Shown: positions 63,911-64,000 of the stretch, in pieces
Layout of the letters: each line of letters opens with the position of its first letter
Numbering within the stretch: position 1 is the stretch's first letter
Assembly: GCA_973895155.1 (NCBI GenBank)
Contig: OZ316894.1
Location: 9,647,440-9,711,439, forward strand
Length of the DNA stretch: 64,000 bases
Direction: 5' to 3'
Source of the DNA: Marsupella aquatica
Lineage: Eukaryota > Plantae > Marchantiophyta
Notes under the pieces: generated by a model
The model's input: the letters and a program-made list of their open reading frames with translations, nothing else
Databases searched by the model: none
Told to the model about the DNA's origin: nothing
Position numbers and translations under genes: made by a program

Positions 63911-64000
63911 AACACATCAAAATCAGAGTGTCACTTTTCTGTCAACTGAGACTTCTGCACATACCGAAAGAATCTGGCTTTCCCGTATGCAGAAGACGTC

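Overview
Intron-containing land-plant nuclear DNA, probably from a bryophyte (a Marchantiales-type liverwort). The organism call is an inference from gene content, mainly the divergent CHASE kinase. Genes I could reconstruct by hand with GT-AG boundaries and matching phases: the first exon of proteasome ATPase RPT2, a 6-exon plastid-type GIY-YIG-like protein with an unrecognised C-terminal half, an intronless maspardin, cyclophilin CYP23 (8 exons), tRNA-Gly(GCC), a LEA_1 (group 4) protein with an ABRE/RY promoter cluster, an ASR (ABA/WDS) protein, a plastid-type J-domain protein, and a 14-exon CHASE-domain hybrid histidine kinase of the non-classical cytokinin-receptor type. The window ends in a damaged, tandemly duplicated WRN-like 3'-5' exonuclease exon. 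Intergenic DNA holds a complete non-autonomous Copia LTR element (142-bp LTRs, 5-bp TSD, half-tRNA-Ile primer site), Helitron-like elements inserted between A and T, a 5'-truncated LINE with TSD, PPR remnants inside a local duplication, and many short tandem duplications. The most interesting items are the CHASE kinase (the Asp equivalent to AHK4 D262 is replaced by Val, and the receiver carries a CxxC...CPH insert), the GIY-YIG protein, the inosine imprint in the LTR primer site, and a CpG-decay gradient in a repeat array next to the RPT2 promoter. No database search was possible, so family calls rest on recalled motifs.
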